DNA from: Bdellovibrionales bacterium
GTDB taxonomy: Bacteria > Bdellovibrionota > UBA1018 > JADZFF01
Assembly (NCBI GenBank): GCA_020850015.1
Contig: JADZFF010000033.1
Location: 1 to 32,000 of the forward strand
Direction: 5' to 3'
Length of the DNA stretch: 32,000 nucleotides
Both the position numbers and the translations under genes were made by a program. Position 1 is the first letter of the stretch. Every line of letters starts with the position of its first letter. The notes beneath the pieces were generated by a model. The model worked only from the letters and a program-made list of their open reading frames with translations, was not told where the DNA came from and searched no databases. This document shows, piece after piece, positions 9,122-17,863 of the stretch.

Positions 9122-10218
9122 CGCAGGTTTCCCTGAGGCGCCGCCGCCTCGCGCAGCGCTGGGTGGTTCTTGAGCTGGGGGTGTTTCTCGAGGAAAGCCT
9201 TTCTGACGAGCTCGCGCTCCCGCTCGCGCCTGAGCTCGCGCAGGAGCTGCAGCTCCAGGAGCCAGGGCTGCACCTGAGTCGGATCGAGCTTGCGGCTCTG
9301 GCGGAAGTGCTCGAGCGCGTCGGGCTTCCGCCCGGCCCGAAGCGCCGCCTCGCCTTGCGCGAAGCGCCGCTCTGAGGGGTTCTGATCTCCGGGCTCGGCC
9401 GCTTCCATCGCCTCGAGATCCAGGAGCGCCTCGTAGTAGGGGCCCATCCCCCGATACAGGAGGCCGCGGTAATCGGCCGTGCCTTCGAGCTCCCGCACCA
9501 GGATCTCGTCGAAAGGAGTGGGAGTTTTGTGGCGAGGAGGCCTGAGCGCGGTTGCGTAACGGACCCAATGCACGCCGGGCGCGCTCCCTTGCCCTCTGGT
9601 TTTCACCCGCCGAAGCGACTCGAAGGCCGCATCCGCCGACCTCAGCACATCGATGTGAAGCTCATCGGCGTCTTCCGAGCAGGCCAGCGCGGAGAAAAGA
9701 AACTTCGGGTCGCCCCGGACTGCCCGGTTCGCCGCGCCCACTCCGAACTCCTGGCAGCGCGGGCTTACCCAGAAGAAGGGGCGCGCGACCTGGGTCTTGA
9801 ATCGGATGCGCACGTTCGCGGGCAGGGCCTTGCCCACGCGGACGGCGAAGGCCGGCGCGTCGAAGGGGCCGTTCGCGCTGACCACCACCGTGTCCTTGCT
9901 CTCCTGCCTGTGGGACACGAAAACAGCGGGCCGGGCCGCGGGAGGAACCGGCGCCACCACCTCTGTCACCTCCGGGGGCAGGGTGATCCGGATCGAGGCC
10001 ATGGGGCTCTCGAGCGTGCCGCCCCGACCGGGCAGGGGAACGGCGCCCCAGCCCCAGGTCACCGAGCTCTTCCAGGGCCGAGGCAGCCACTGCTTCCCGG
10101 CCTGAACCTGGATCGAGACCTCGGTGGGAGGAGGAACCGGGGAGGTGAGCGCGGCCGGGTCTTCCTCAGCCAGCGCGCGCAGGGGCGCCGATGCTCCGAG
10201 CACTAGAGCGCAAACCAA
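9118..10218 (-). CDS. Uncharacterised secreted protein with TPR-like C-terminal region
   Basis: Signal-like N terminus (MVCALVLGASAPLRALAEED); C-terminal helices 'RRFAQGEAALRAGRKPDALEHFRQSRKLDPTQVQPWLLELQLLRELRRERERELVRKAFLEKHP' look like TPR repeats. Confidence 0.7.
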   Translation of the reverse strand: MVCALVLGASAPLRALAEEDPAALTSPVPPPTEVSIQVQAGKQWLPRPWKSSVTWGWGAVPLPGRGGTLESPMASIRITLPPEVTEVVAPVPPAARPAVFVSHRQESKDTVVVSANGPFDAPAFAVRVGKALPANVRIRFKTQVARPFFWVSPRCQEFGVGAANRAVRGDPKFLFSALACSEDADELHIDVLRSADAAFESLRRVKTRGQGSAPGVHWVRYATALRPPRHKTPTPFDEILVRELEGTADYRGLLYRGMGPYYEALLDLEAMEAAEPGDQNPSERRFAQGEAALRAGRKPDALEHFRQSRKLDPTQVQPWLLELQLLRELRRERERELVRKAFLEKHPQLKNHPALREAAAPQGNLR

Positions 10219-10361
10219 GGAGGCGGATAGTGAGCTGAGCTTCAGGCGCCGAATATTTCCCCCAGGTCCCAGGATCGCATGAAAAGGGCACTAACGCATC
10301 GGAACTTCAGGTGAATCTTGCCTATTGGTCACATGAGGAACGCGGGCTAGTGTGCCCCCAT

Positions 10362-10607
10362 ATGGGTGCTTACTTTCCGGCGGCGTTTTTCATCCTCCTG
10401 GGCTGGGCTTTTTGGTCGTTCCCGAAGATCGTGGCGGCTTTCGCCGCCGCGGGCTGTATCGGCTTCGGCCTGGCCTATGGGCTGATCGTCTGGCGGCTTC
10501 GGGGGGCGGCCCGCCGAACCCCATCCTTTCGAAACGTCACGTTGGTGATGAGTCGGCGGGGCGACGTTTGGACCCACGGTGGCGGGGCCTCAGGCCCTCA
10601 GTCCTGA
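10362..10607 (+). CDS. Small hypothetical membrane protein
   Basis: Two hydrophobic segments (FFILLGWAFWSFPKIVAAFAAAGCIGFGLAYGLIVWRL) followed by a basic RRTPSFRN stretch; ATG 10362 chosen inside the 10311 ORF. Confidence 0.45.
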   Translation: MGAYFPAAFFILLGWAFWSFPKIVAAFAAAGCIGFGLAYGLIVWRLRGAARRTPSFRNVTLVMSRRGDVWTHGGGASGPQS

Positions 10608-10645
10608 CTTGATGAGTCAAGCATCCCTGGGGTAAGACCCGGGGG

Positions 10646-11812
10646 ATGTCCGCGACCCTGTCCGAGAGTTACGCCCATATCCCCAAAGACGCCCTCGTCG
10701 TCGTCGGCATGTCAGGCGGCGTGGACTCCTCCGTGGCGGCACTCCTCCTCCATCGGGCCGGCCTTCGCGTGGCCGGGCTCTTCATGCGCAACTGGGACGA
10801 AGCTGACGAGAACGGCGTCTGCGCCGCGACCGAAGACTACGAGGACGTGGCGCGCGTCTGTGAGAAGATCGGCATCCCGTACTACGCCGTGGATTTCGTG
10901 GAGGAGTACCGCGACCGCGTGTTCGAGGAGTTCCTGAGCGCCTACCGCGCGGGTTACACGCCGAACCCCGACGTGCTCTGCAACCGCGAGATCAAGTTCG
11001 ACGCCTTCTGGGCGCGGGCGCGCGCTTTGGGCGCGGAGTATCTGGCCACGGGCCACTACTGCCAGTCCGAGTCGGGTAGCCTTCTCAAAGGCGCCGATCC
11101 GGCCAAGGACCAGAGCTACTTCCTGTACGCCGTGCGCCCGCGCGCGCTCGAGCGTGTGCTCTTCCCGATCGGCCACCTGCCGAAGCCCGAGGTGCGGCGG
11201 ATCGCCGAAGCAGCCGGCCTTCCCACGCACGACAAAAAAGACAGCACCGGCATCTGCTTCATCGGCGAGCGCAAATTCCGCCCCTTCCTGAGCCAGTACC
11301 TGAAGCCTCGCTTGGGCGAGTTCCGCACGCTCGCGGGCGAGGTGCTGGGCACGCACCAGGGCGCGCATCTCTTCACGCTCGGTCAGCGCAAGGGCACCGG
11401 CATCGGCGGCCCAGGCGAATCGCCCTACGTGGTGGCGAAGGACGTGGAGAAGAACCTGGTCTACGTGGAGCGGGGCGACCGCCATCCGGCCCTCTACACG
11501 GACGATCTTCAGGCCGAGTCCCTGAGCTGGATTCGGGGTCAGTCCCCCGAGCTGCCCTTCCGCTGTACGGCCAAGGTGCGCTACCGCCAGAGCGATCAAG
11601 AGGCGACGGTGGAGCTTCTCGAGTGTGATCCCGTGACCGGCGCCCCGGGCCAGCTTCGGGTGGTGTTCGACTTGCCTCAGCGCGCCGTGACCCCCGGTCA
11701 GCACGTTGTTTTCTATAAAGAAAACGAATGCTTAGGGGGTGGGGTGATCCGCGCCACCGGGCCCTCCTACTGGCATCAGGGCAAGGCCCTTCCGACAAAC
11801 CTCTCTCTCTAG
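10646..11812 (+). CDS. mnmA: tRNA-specific 2-thiouridylase MnmA
   Basis: PP-loop VVGMSGGVDSSVAALLL, FMRNWDE, catalytic-Cys contexts NPDVLCNREIKF and DSTGICFIGERKF, ATGHYC, GGPGESPYVVAKD. Confidence 0.98.
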   Translation: MSATLSESYAHIPKDALVVVGMSGGVDSSVAALLLHRAGLRVAGLFMRNWDEADENGVCAATEDYEDVARVCEKIGIPYYAVDFVEEYRDRVFEEFLSAYRAGYTPNPDVLCNREIKFDAFWARARALGAEYLATGHYCQSESGSLLKGADPAKDQSYFLYAVRPRALERVLFPIGHLPKPEVRRIAEAAGLPTHDKKDSTGICFIGERKFRPFLSQYLKPRLGEFRTLAGEVLGTHQGAHLFTLGQRKGTGIGGPGESPYVVAKDVEKNLVYVERGDRHPALYTDDLQAESLSWIRGQSPELPFRCTAKVRYRQSDQEATVELLECDPVTGAPGQLRVVFDLPQRAVTPGQHVVFYKENECLGGGVIRATGPSYWHQGKALPTNLSL

Positions 11813-11962
11813 ATCGTCGCAGCCCTCCTCAACTGAATCACTGGAGGTGGTTCCAAAATGGTGCTCTGCGGCGATTCTACTCTTGAGTACTTAGGTACGC
11901 CGCGTTAACTCCAGGGCCTCATTCCGTTCCGTTTTGTTTTTCTGGTTCGAGGGGAGTTTCGT

Positions 11963-13573
11963 GTGAAGCATCGTGGATTTCTGCGTCTTGGAGCCGCCGC
12001 GCTAGCGCTCGCTTTCTTCGCTCTTGCGCCCTTAGTGGCCGAGGCCGAACTGCTCCAGATCATCCATACCAACGACCTGCATTCCTACTTCGAGCACTCG
12101 CAGAACGCCGACCGTGGAGGCTACCCGGCGGTGAAGGCCGAGATCGATCGGCTGAAGGCCGAAGCCCAGGCCCAGGGCATCGAGACTTTGGTGCTCGACG
12201 CCGGCGATTTCGGCGACGGCGCTCCCCTTTATTTCGCCGACCGCGGAGAGAGCAGTTGGAACCTCCTCAACGCCATCGGCTACGACGCCGTGGTCTTCGG
12301 AAACCACGACTACCTGCCAGGCCAGCCGGACCTCGACCGGATCGTGAGCAACATCCAGCCGAAGTTCTCGCTCCTGGCCGCGAACTTCGACGTCTCGGCG
12401 GAGCAGCCCAACCTGCGCCGCCATGTGAAACCCTACCTGGAGCTCCGGAAGGCGGGCCTCCGGATCGGCATCCTCGGCATCACGAACACCGAGTGGGCCT
12501 ACAGCTGGCGCGTGGGCCCTACCGCGATTCGCCCGATGCGCGAAACCTGGATGCGCTTCGCGCCCGAGCTCAAACGCCGCAACGATCTCGTGATCGCGCT
12601 GACCCATCTGGGCATCGATACGGACAAGCGCATGGTGGCGAAGACGCACGGAGCGGATCTGGTGGTGGGCGGCCATTCGCACGACTTCCTCGAGGACGCC
12701 GTGTGGGTGAACGACGCGCGCGGCAATCCCGTGCCGATCGTCCAGGCGGGCGAGCACGGCGAGGCCGTGGGCGACCTGCTCATCGATGTCACTCCGGGCA
12801 AACCGGTGCAGGTGCTGCGCTACCGCCTGGTGCCCGTGTACTCAGCCGGGCCGAAGAACCCGGTCGTCCAGCAGGCCGTGGAATCCGCGCGCGCGAGCTT
12901 CGAGACTCAGTACGGGCACCACTGGCTCCATGAGTCCGTGGGGCACACGGCGGTCCAGCTCCATGGGCCCAACACCGGGAACTGCCGGCCCGGGACTGAT
13001 CTCGTGGTGCGCGCGTTCGCGAACGCGGCTGGCGTGGAGATCGGCCTCGACAACGAGGAGTTCTACGGGATGGCGATCCCGCCCGGCGACATCACCCGCG
13101 AGCAGATTATCGGCCTCTATCCGCGGATCTACAGCTTCCGCAATACGATGGGTTGGACCGTGTGGAAGGCGCGCGTGCATGGGGCGGTGCTGAAGTCGCT
13201 CATGGATCTCGTCTTGCAGGCCGGGTACGTCGCGAACGTATGGGGCGTGACCTTCGACGTGGAGGCGGGCTCGGGCGGCAAGCCTCAGATCGTGAACCTC
13301 AAGGTGGGCGGCGAGCCCCTGAGGGCCGCGAAGCGCTACAGCGTGGCGCTACCCGAGGGCATGGCGCTCTGGATGCGCGACGCCACGACGCTCATGCAGT
13401 TTTTCGTCACCCAAGGGCTCACCGATACGCACATTCCCGTCTGGACGGCGGTGGAGCGTGAGCTCAAGCGCATGGGCGGCCGCGTGGCCCACCCGCGCGA
13501 GCAGCCGTCGCCGAACGTCGGCGTTCAGCTTCCGGGCATGAGCGACTGCCTGGGCGGCTCGTCGAACAGATAG
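11963..13573 (+). CDS. Secreted 5'-nucleotidase/UshA-family metallophosphatase
   Basis: GTG start with GAGGGGAG upstream; signal peptide; metallophosphoesterase motifs HTNDLHSYFE, LDAGDFGDG, VFGNHDYLPG, VVGGHSHDFLED; C-terminal 5'-nucleotidase domain. Confidence 0.93.
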   Translation: MKHRGFLRLGAAALALAFFALAPLVAEAELLQIIHTNDLHSYFEHSQNADRGGYPAVKAEIDRLKAEAQAQGIETLVLDAGDFGDGAPLYFADRGESSWNLLNAIGYDAVVFGNHDYLPGQPDLDRIVSNIQPKFSLLAANFDVSAEQPNLRRHVKPYLELRKAGLRIGILGITNTEWAYSWRVGPTAIRPMRETWMRFAPELKRRNDLVIALTHLGIDTDKRMVAKTHGADLVVGGHSHDFLEDAVWVNDARGNPVPIVQAGEHGEAVGDLLIDVTPGKPVQVLRYRLVPVYSAGPKNPVVQQAVESARASFETQYGHHWLHESVGHTAVQLHGPNTGNCRPGTDLVVRAFANAAGVEIGLDNEEFYGMAIPPGDITREQIIGLYPRIYSFRNTMGWTVWKARVHGAVLKSLMDLVLQAGYVANVWGVTFDVEAGSGGKPQIVNLKVGGEPLRAAKRYSVALPEGMALWMRDATTLMQFFVTQGLTDTHIPVWTAVERELKRMGGRVAHPREQPSPNVGVQLPGMSDCLGGSSNR

Positions 13574-14400
13574 TGCCTCGGGCGGTCCACCTCCAGGAAG
13601 CCCAGGCGCAGGTAAAGCGCGATCGAGGCGGGGCTCGCCGCGTCGGCGTAGAGGAAACAGGACTTTCGGCCATGCGCGAGCTGCTGGGAGACCAGTGAGC
13701 CGACGCAGGCCGTGGAATAGCCCTTCCTCCGGTTCTCATGGGGCGTGTACACGGCGTTGATGCGGATCCCGTTGCGCGTGGGCTCGGCCAGGCCAGCCAT
13801 GGAAACCGGCGCGCCGCCCACCTCGAGCACGAAAAGCTCGTGGCTCCGGATGCGCTTCTGCGCCGCTTCGCGGAGCTGTTCCGGCGAATGCACCTCATGG
13901 GGCAGCGCCTCCGCCGCGAATCGGCCCAGCCACTCCGCCGCGACCGGGAGCTCGTTGTCATGCATCATGCGGAAGGAGCCTTCCTTCGGGCGTTCGGCCC
14001 GGATGCGCGAGATCTCGAAAATGATCTGCTGCTGCGCCAGCGCGGCCCCGCTGCCCGTATGGCGTTTCCACTCCTGCGCGAAAAACTCCGCCTCGTCGCC
14101 GGGGCCCACCACGCCCGGGAGCTTCGCCTTCCGGGTGGCCAGCTCCTGCGCGATCAACCCGATCGACTCCTGATCCCCCGCCGTGATGATCAGGGGGTTC
14201 GGAGGCGTCTGGAGCGCCACGGTGTGCACCGTGCGCTCCTTCACCACGGTGCCGAAAAAGGCGCCGGCGCATTCAGCCCGGCCATCCGCGAGCGCGAGCG
14301 CCAGGCCGAGGGCCAGGTGGTTTTTCCCCTCCTGAGCCTCGAGATGCACGAGCGCCTTGGAGAGGAAGTCCTCGGCGCGCTCGTCGGTCAGGATCATCAC
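13525..14400 (-). CDS. GNAT-family N-acetyltransferase
   Basis: GNAT core INAVYTPHENRRKGYSTACVGSLVSQQL...SIALYLRLGFLEVD. 3' end overlaps the convergent 5'-nucleotidase gene by 49 nt. Confidence 0.85.
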   Translation of the reverse strand: MMILTDERAEDFLSKALVHLEAQEGKNHLALGLALALADGRAECAGAFFGTVVKERTVHTVALQTPPNPLIITAGDQESIGLIAQELATRKAKLPGVVGPGDEAEFFAQEWKRHTGSGAALAQQQIIFEISRIRAERPKEGSFRMMHDNELPVAAEWLGRFAAEALPHEVHSPEQLREAAQKRIRSHELFVLEVGGAPVSMAGLAEPTRNGIRINAVYTPHENRRKGYSTACVGSLVSQQLAHGRKSCFLYADAASPASIALYLRLGFLEVDRPRHYLFDEPPRQSLMPGS

Positions 14401-14466
14401 CGAGCGATGATACCGGCGGAGGCCAGGGGGCGTCCAGCCTGGGTTGGTGGTAGTATCTCAGTCCTG

Positions 14467-15282
14467 ATGGTCTTCCCTGAGAGTCGTATCTCGGCCGGGG
14501 CGCTCGCGGGTGCCGCTTCAATCTACCTGGGGTTCTCCTTGCTTCTGGTGTTCTGGAAGGAGGGCTTCGAGGCCGCCGTCGACGAGGACGCATTCGCGGA
14601 GTGGGCCACCTGTCTGGCTCTTTTCGTCACCTCGGGGTTTCTCGCAGCCTCGGGATGGGCTTGCCGGAGCAAGGGCCAGGCGTGGCCGCTCTTTCTTGCC
14701 TCCATCGCCTTCTTCTGGGCGGCCGGCGAGGAGATCAGCTGGGGGCAGCGCATCTTCTCGATTCCGACGCCCGAGGCCTTGCTCGCGATCAACGATCAAG
14801 GCGAGCTGAATCTCCACAACGTGGACAAACAGTTCTTCGACCGCGTGCTCGAACGTGCGTGCGTGTTGCTCGCCGTAGGCCCCGCCCTTCTCCACCTGGC
14901 GGGCCGGGAGCGGCTTTTCGGGTATCGGCTACCCGATGCCTATCTGGTCTGTGCCTTTACCTTGGCTTCAATCTATTACCGGGCGGGCCATCTCAAGCTC
15001 CAGTTCTACTACCTGAGCTTCCTCGTCCTGGCTGTCTACGGGGTTGCGGCTTTCGTCGCGCGCCGCTGGCGGGTGGCATGGGCTTCGGTTGGCGTCTTCG
15101 TGCTGAGCTTCGGCTTGGTGGCCGTGAATCGCGCCTTTCGCGGCTCGTTTCCCGCGCACAACAACGGCGACAACGAGGTCCGCGAGCTGGTGTTCTGCCT
15201 GCTCTGCCTGGCCTACGCCGTGATCCTCTGGAGGGATGCGGTCTCGAGTCTCAACGTTTCGCGGCGTCCAGCGCCCGGTTGA
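14467..15282 (+). CDS. Uncharacterised polytopic membrane protein
   Basis: ATG 14467 (MVFPESRISAGALAGAASIYLGFSLLLVFW); several hydrophobic helices and a distinctive AAGEEISWGQRIF segment; the longer ORF from 13738 reads antisense through the GNAT gene. Confidence 0.7.
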   Translation: MVFPESRISAGALAGAASIYLGFSLLLVFWKEGFEAAVDEDAFAEWATCLALFVTSGFLAASGWACRSKGQAWPLFLASIAFFWAAGEEISWGQRIFSIPTPEALLAINDQGELNLHNVDKQFFDRVLERACVLLAVGPALLHLAGRERLFGYRLPDAYLVCAFTLASIYYRAGHLKLQFYYLSFLVLAVYGVAAFVARRWRVAWASVGVFVLSFGLVAVNRAFRGSFPAHNNGDNEVRELVFCLLCLAYAVILWRDAVSSLNVSRRPAPG

Positions 15283-15748
15283 TCTCCGTGGCGATTACGC
15301 GGGCCAGCTCGGAGGCGGCGTCCTCGGAGCGATTTTCGCACTTTTTTCCCGAGGATTCGCAGGTTCTGAGCGGTGAGAAATCCGCCATCCACGAGTAGTT
15401 GTTCGACCTGAGCCGGGCCTGAGGCGCGGTGTCGGAGAGCACGGGCGTATCATTCCACCGAGAGTCCGGGATCGCCGTTTCTCCCAATTCCTTGCACCTG
15501 GCCCGAATCACCTTGGCTATCGCCCTGCAACCGGACTCGCCAAGAGGACTGAACTCCTTTGCGCCGCCCACGGTGGAACGCGTGGCGGTACAGGACGGCG
15601 TCTTCGTATTGCTCTCTTTTGGTCCGAGCAGCCGGTATCTTTCGCCGACCGTCCATTCGTTCAGCGCGGAGCACTCGGCGAAGGAGGCAGCTCGCGCCGA
15701 CGGCACGATCAGAAGCAGAGCGAGAAGGCCGAGGATCCCCGCTCTCAT
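15251..15748 (-). CDS. Uncharacterised small secreted Cys-containing protein
   Basis: Signal peptide MRAGILGLLALLLIVPSARAA; ATGA overlap with the upstream gene ending at 15745; overlaps convergent 15282 by 32 nt. Confidence 0.65.
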   Translation of the reverse strand: MRAGILGLLALLLIVPSARAASFAECSALNEWTVGERYRLLGPKESNTKTPSCTATRSTVGGAKEFSPLGESGCRAIAKVIRARCKELGETAIPDSRWNDTPVLSDTAPQARLRSNNYSWMADFSPLRTCESSGKKCENRSEDAASELARVIATEINRALDAAKR

Positions 15749-17112
15749 GAGGTGGGCTCCCCGCCAGAGCCGCCTTCGCAGCCCGTGGCCTCGCGGATTC
15801 GGTCCTGGAACGAGGGCGACTCGAAGGCGCAGCGCATGACATCGGCGCCGAGCGGGTGGGAGAGGTCTTTCACGTACCGGCAGGCTCCCGGGATGACCTC
15901 AGGAACCCATCGTTCGGTGGGCGTGGTGCGGATGCGCATCAGCTCGGCGTAGCCTTCCTCCAGGAACTTTCGCGGACAACCTTTGGCGCAGGGGCCATCG
16001 ACGAAGCGAAGCCGGTCAGCCCCGCGCGCCACCTCCGCCATGCAGCGCTCGGCGCGCGGCCCGATCCGGAGCGCGGAGTAGAGTTGCTGGTAAGCGTCGC
16101 TGGTTTCCTCCGAGATCCTGCACCTTGTCCCGGGGTAAAAGCTCTGGCGGAGAGATTCCATCACGCGCGCATTGCCGCGGCGGATTTCCACCTGCCTCCG
16201 GATGTAGCTGCAGGCGTGGGCGATCTCGTGCCGGAGCACGTCGTCTGCGAGGCTCGAATCCAGTTTGCGAGCGGGGCCGAACACGTAAGGCGGAAGGAGG
16301 ATCGAGCCCGAGGCCATGGGCCAGCGGCGCGGCGAGCGGCGCTCTACCGCATGGTTGCGCCACTGGGTGGACGTGGGCTCGCCCAGGATGTACTTCGCGC
16401 CGTCGGTGCAGGGATCGGGAGCGTGGGGGTCGGTGGGCGGCTCGCACCAGGTTACGCTCACATTCATGATCATCCGGCGGCACATCCGGTCTCTCAGCCC
16501 CAAACCAGTATTGCAGCAGGAGCCCGACATCTGCTCGATGAGCCCGCGCACCCGGCCCTCCACCTCGCCGCGTTCGGAGGTCGACGCGGGCTGGGCGCTG
16601 ATCGATGCCGCGCTCGCCGGCACATACCCTTCGGCGCCGCGCGGCGCGGAATTCCCGGGCGCGCAAAGGTCGCGGCCGCGCTGATAAGTGACATAAGAGG
16701 AGAGGTTTCCCGGGGACCCCAGGGACTCACCCGAGCCGCCCGCGCGGCGGGCCTGGAGCGCGAGGGGGGTGCAGACGGGGAACCAGGGTTCGCCCGAGGG
16801 CCAGGGCCAAGTCGCCGGGGGGGCGCCGGCCACCAGGGTGGAACAGGAAATGGGCTCGAAGGGGCGCGGCCCGCTCCCCATGGGGGCCATCGCGCGCTCA
16901 TGCGTGTGCGGATCATCCACATCGCAGTAGGCGGTGGCGGGGCCGTCGAGCACCCCCAAGGGAACTCGCGCGGGGGAGGCGATGGCGACTCCCATATCCA
17001 GTCCCTCCAGCGAGTGATCGCCGTGCGGTCCGTGTGCCCAGACGGGCGCCGCGAAGGCGATGAGCCCCAGCCCGAAGAACGTCATTGAAAGTGAAGCGGC
17101 CCCCGAAACCAC
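15745..17112 (-). CDS. Uncharacterised Cys-rich secreted protein with a HEIAH (HExxH-type) motif
   Basis: 455-aa ORF; signal-like N terminus (MTFFGLGLIAFAAPVWAHG); many Cys; VLRHEIAHACSYIRRQVE (HEIAH at 16216-16230). Confidence 0.75.
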   Translation of the reverse strand: MVSGAASLSMTFFGLGLIAFAAPVWAHGPHGDHSLEGLDMGVAIASPARVPLGVLDGPATAYCDVDDPHTHERAMAPMGSGPRPFEPISCSTLVAGAPPATWPWPSGEPWFPVCTPLALQARRAGGSGESLGSPGNLSSYVTYQRGRDLCAPGNSAPRGAEGYVPASAASISAQPASTSERGEVEGRVRGLIEQMSGSCCNTGLGLRDRMCRRMIMNVSVTWCEPPTDPHAPDPCTDGAKYILGEPTSTQWRNHAVERRSPRRWPMASGSILLPPYVFGPARKLDSSLADDVLRHEIAHACSYIRRQVEIRRGNARVMESLRQSFYPGTRCRISEETSDAYQQLYSALRIGPRAERCMAEVARGADRLRFVDGPCAKGCPRKFLEEGYAELMRIRTTPTERWVPEVIPGACRYVKDLSHPLGADVMRCAFESPSFQDRIREATGCEGGSGGEPTS

Positions 17113-17211
17113 GCACTTACAGTTTAGCGGGTCTCGGGGGCCGAGTCTTGTTGAATATTTTGGTCAATTAACGAGAAAACGACCGAAAAATCATATAGTT
17201 AGAAAACCATT

Positions 17212-17769
17212 CTAGCCAGAGAAGGCTTCGATCTTGATGCTCTGGATGGTCATCTCGCTCAGGGGCTTGTCGTTGCCGTCGGTCTTCGTGGTCGCGATCT
17301 TGTCGAGCACGTCGAGGCCTTCGAAGACCTGACCGAAGACGGTGTAGCCGTCGGCCGGGCCCCCGTTCGCCGGGTGGTCGAGGAAGTGAGCGCCCTTCTC
17401 CGGATGCACGACGTAAAACTGCGAGCCGATGCTCTTCGGCCGCGCCGTCTTGGCGTAGGAGAGCGCGCCGCGGAGGTGCTTCAGCTCCGGGTGGTACTCA
17501 TCGCCGATCGTGGTGCCGGGGCCGCCCGCGGCGTGGCCGCCGGTGCCGTTGCGGGCCGTGAAGTCGCCGCCCTGGATCATGAAGTCCTTGATCACGCGGT
17601 GGAAGGGCACGTTCACGTACTTCCCCGCGTTCGCGAGGTCGACGAAGTTTTTCACCGCGCCGGGCACGAGCTCACCGAAGAGCCGCGCCTTCATGACGCC
17701 CTGGTTGGTGGTGATGACGGCGATGGGTTCGCCGGCCTTGGGTGCTTGGAGCTGCTGGGGTTTGTTCAT
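17212..17769 (-). CDS. Peptidyl-prolyl cis-trans isomerase, cyclophilin type
   Basis: FHRVIKDFMIQGGDFTARNGTGG, YAKTARPKSIGSQFYV, GYTVFGQVFEGLDVLDKI; start at ATG 17769 (MNKPQQLQAPK). Confidence 0.96.
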   Translation of the reverse strand: MNKPQQLQAPKAGEPIAVITTNQGVMKARLFGELVPGAVKNFVDLANAGKYVNVPFHRVIKDFMIQGGDFTARNGTGGHAAGGPGTTIGDEYHPELKHLRGALSYAKTARPKSIGSQFYVVHPEKGAHFLDHPANGGPADGYTVFGQVFEGLDVLDKIATTKTDGNDKPLSEMTIQSIKIEAFSG

Positions 17770-17863
17770 GCGCGCGAAAGTAGCGCGGGCCGGGAACGGG
17801 CGCAAGGGGGAGCGCGGAGGCCCCCTGTGCTAGGCTTTTTGGCATGGCCTAGGCCGCGATGAA

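Noticed and set aside
9122-9568. N-terminal extension of the 8072-9568 ORF
   Set aside because: Off-frame over the 9118-10218 gene; a signal peptide begins exactly at ATG 9121 in an ATGA overlap.
13738-14466. N-terminal extension of the 13738-15282 ORF
   Set aside because: Reads antisense through the GNAT gene; hydrophobic native-looking sequence begins only at MVFPESR (14467).
802-15282. Short convergent gene overlaps (802-824, 13525-13573, 15251-15282) as possible antisense regulation
   Set aside because: Overlaps of 23-49 nt at 3' ends are ordinary in compact genomes; start/stop positions are consistent with simple compaction.
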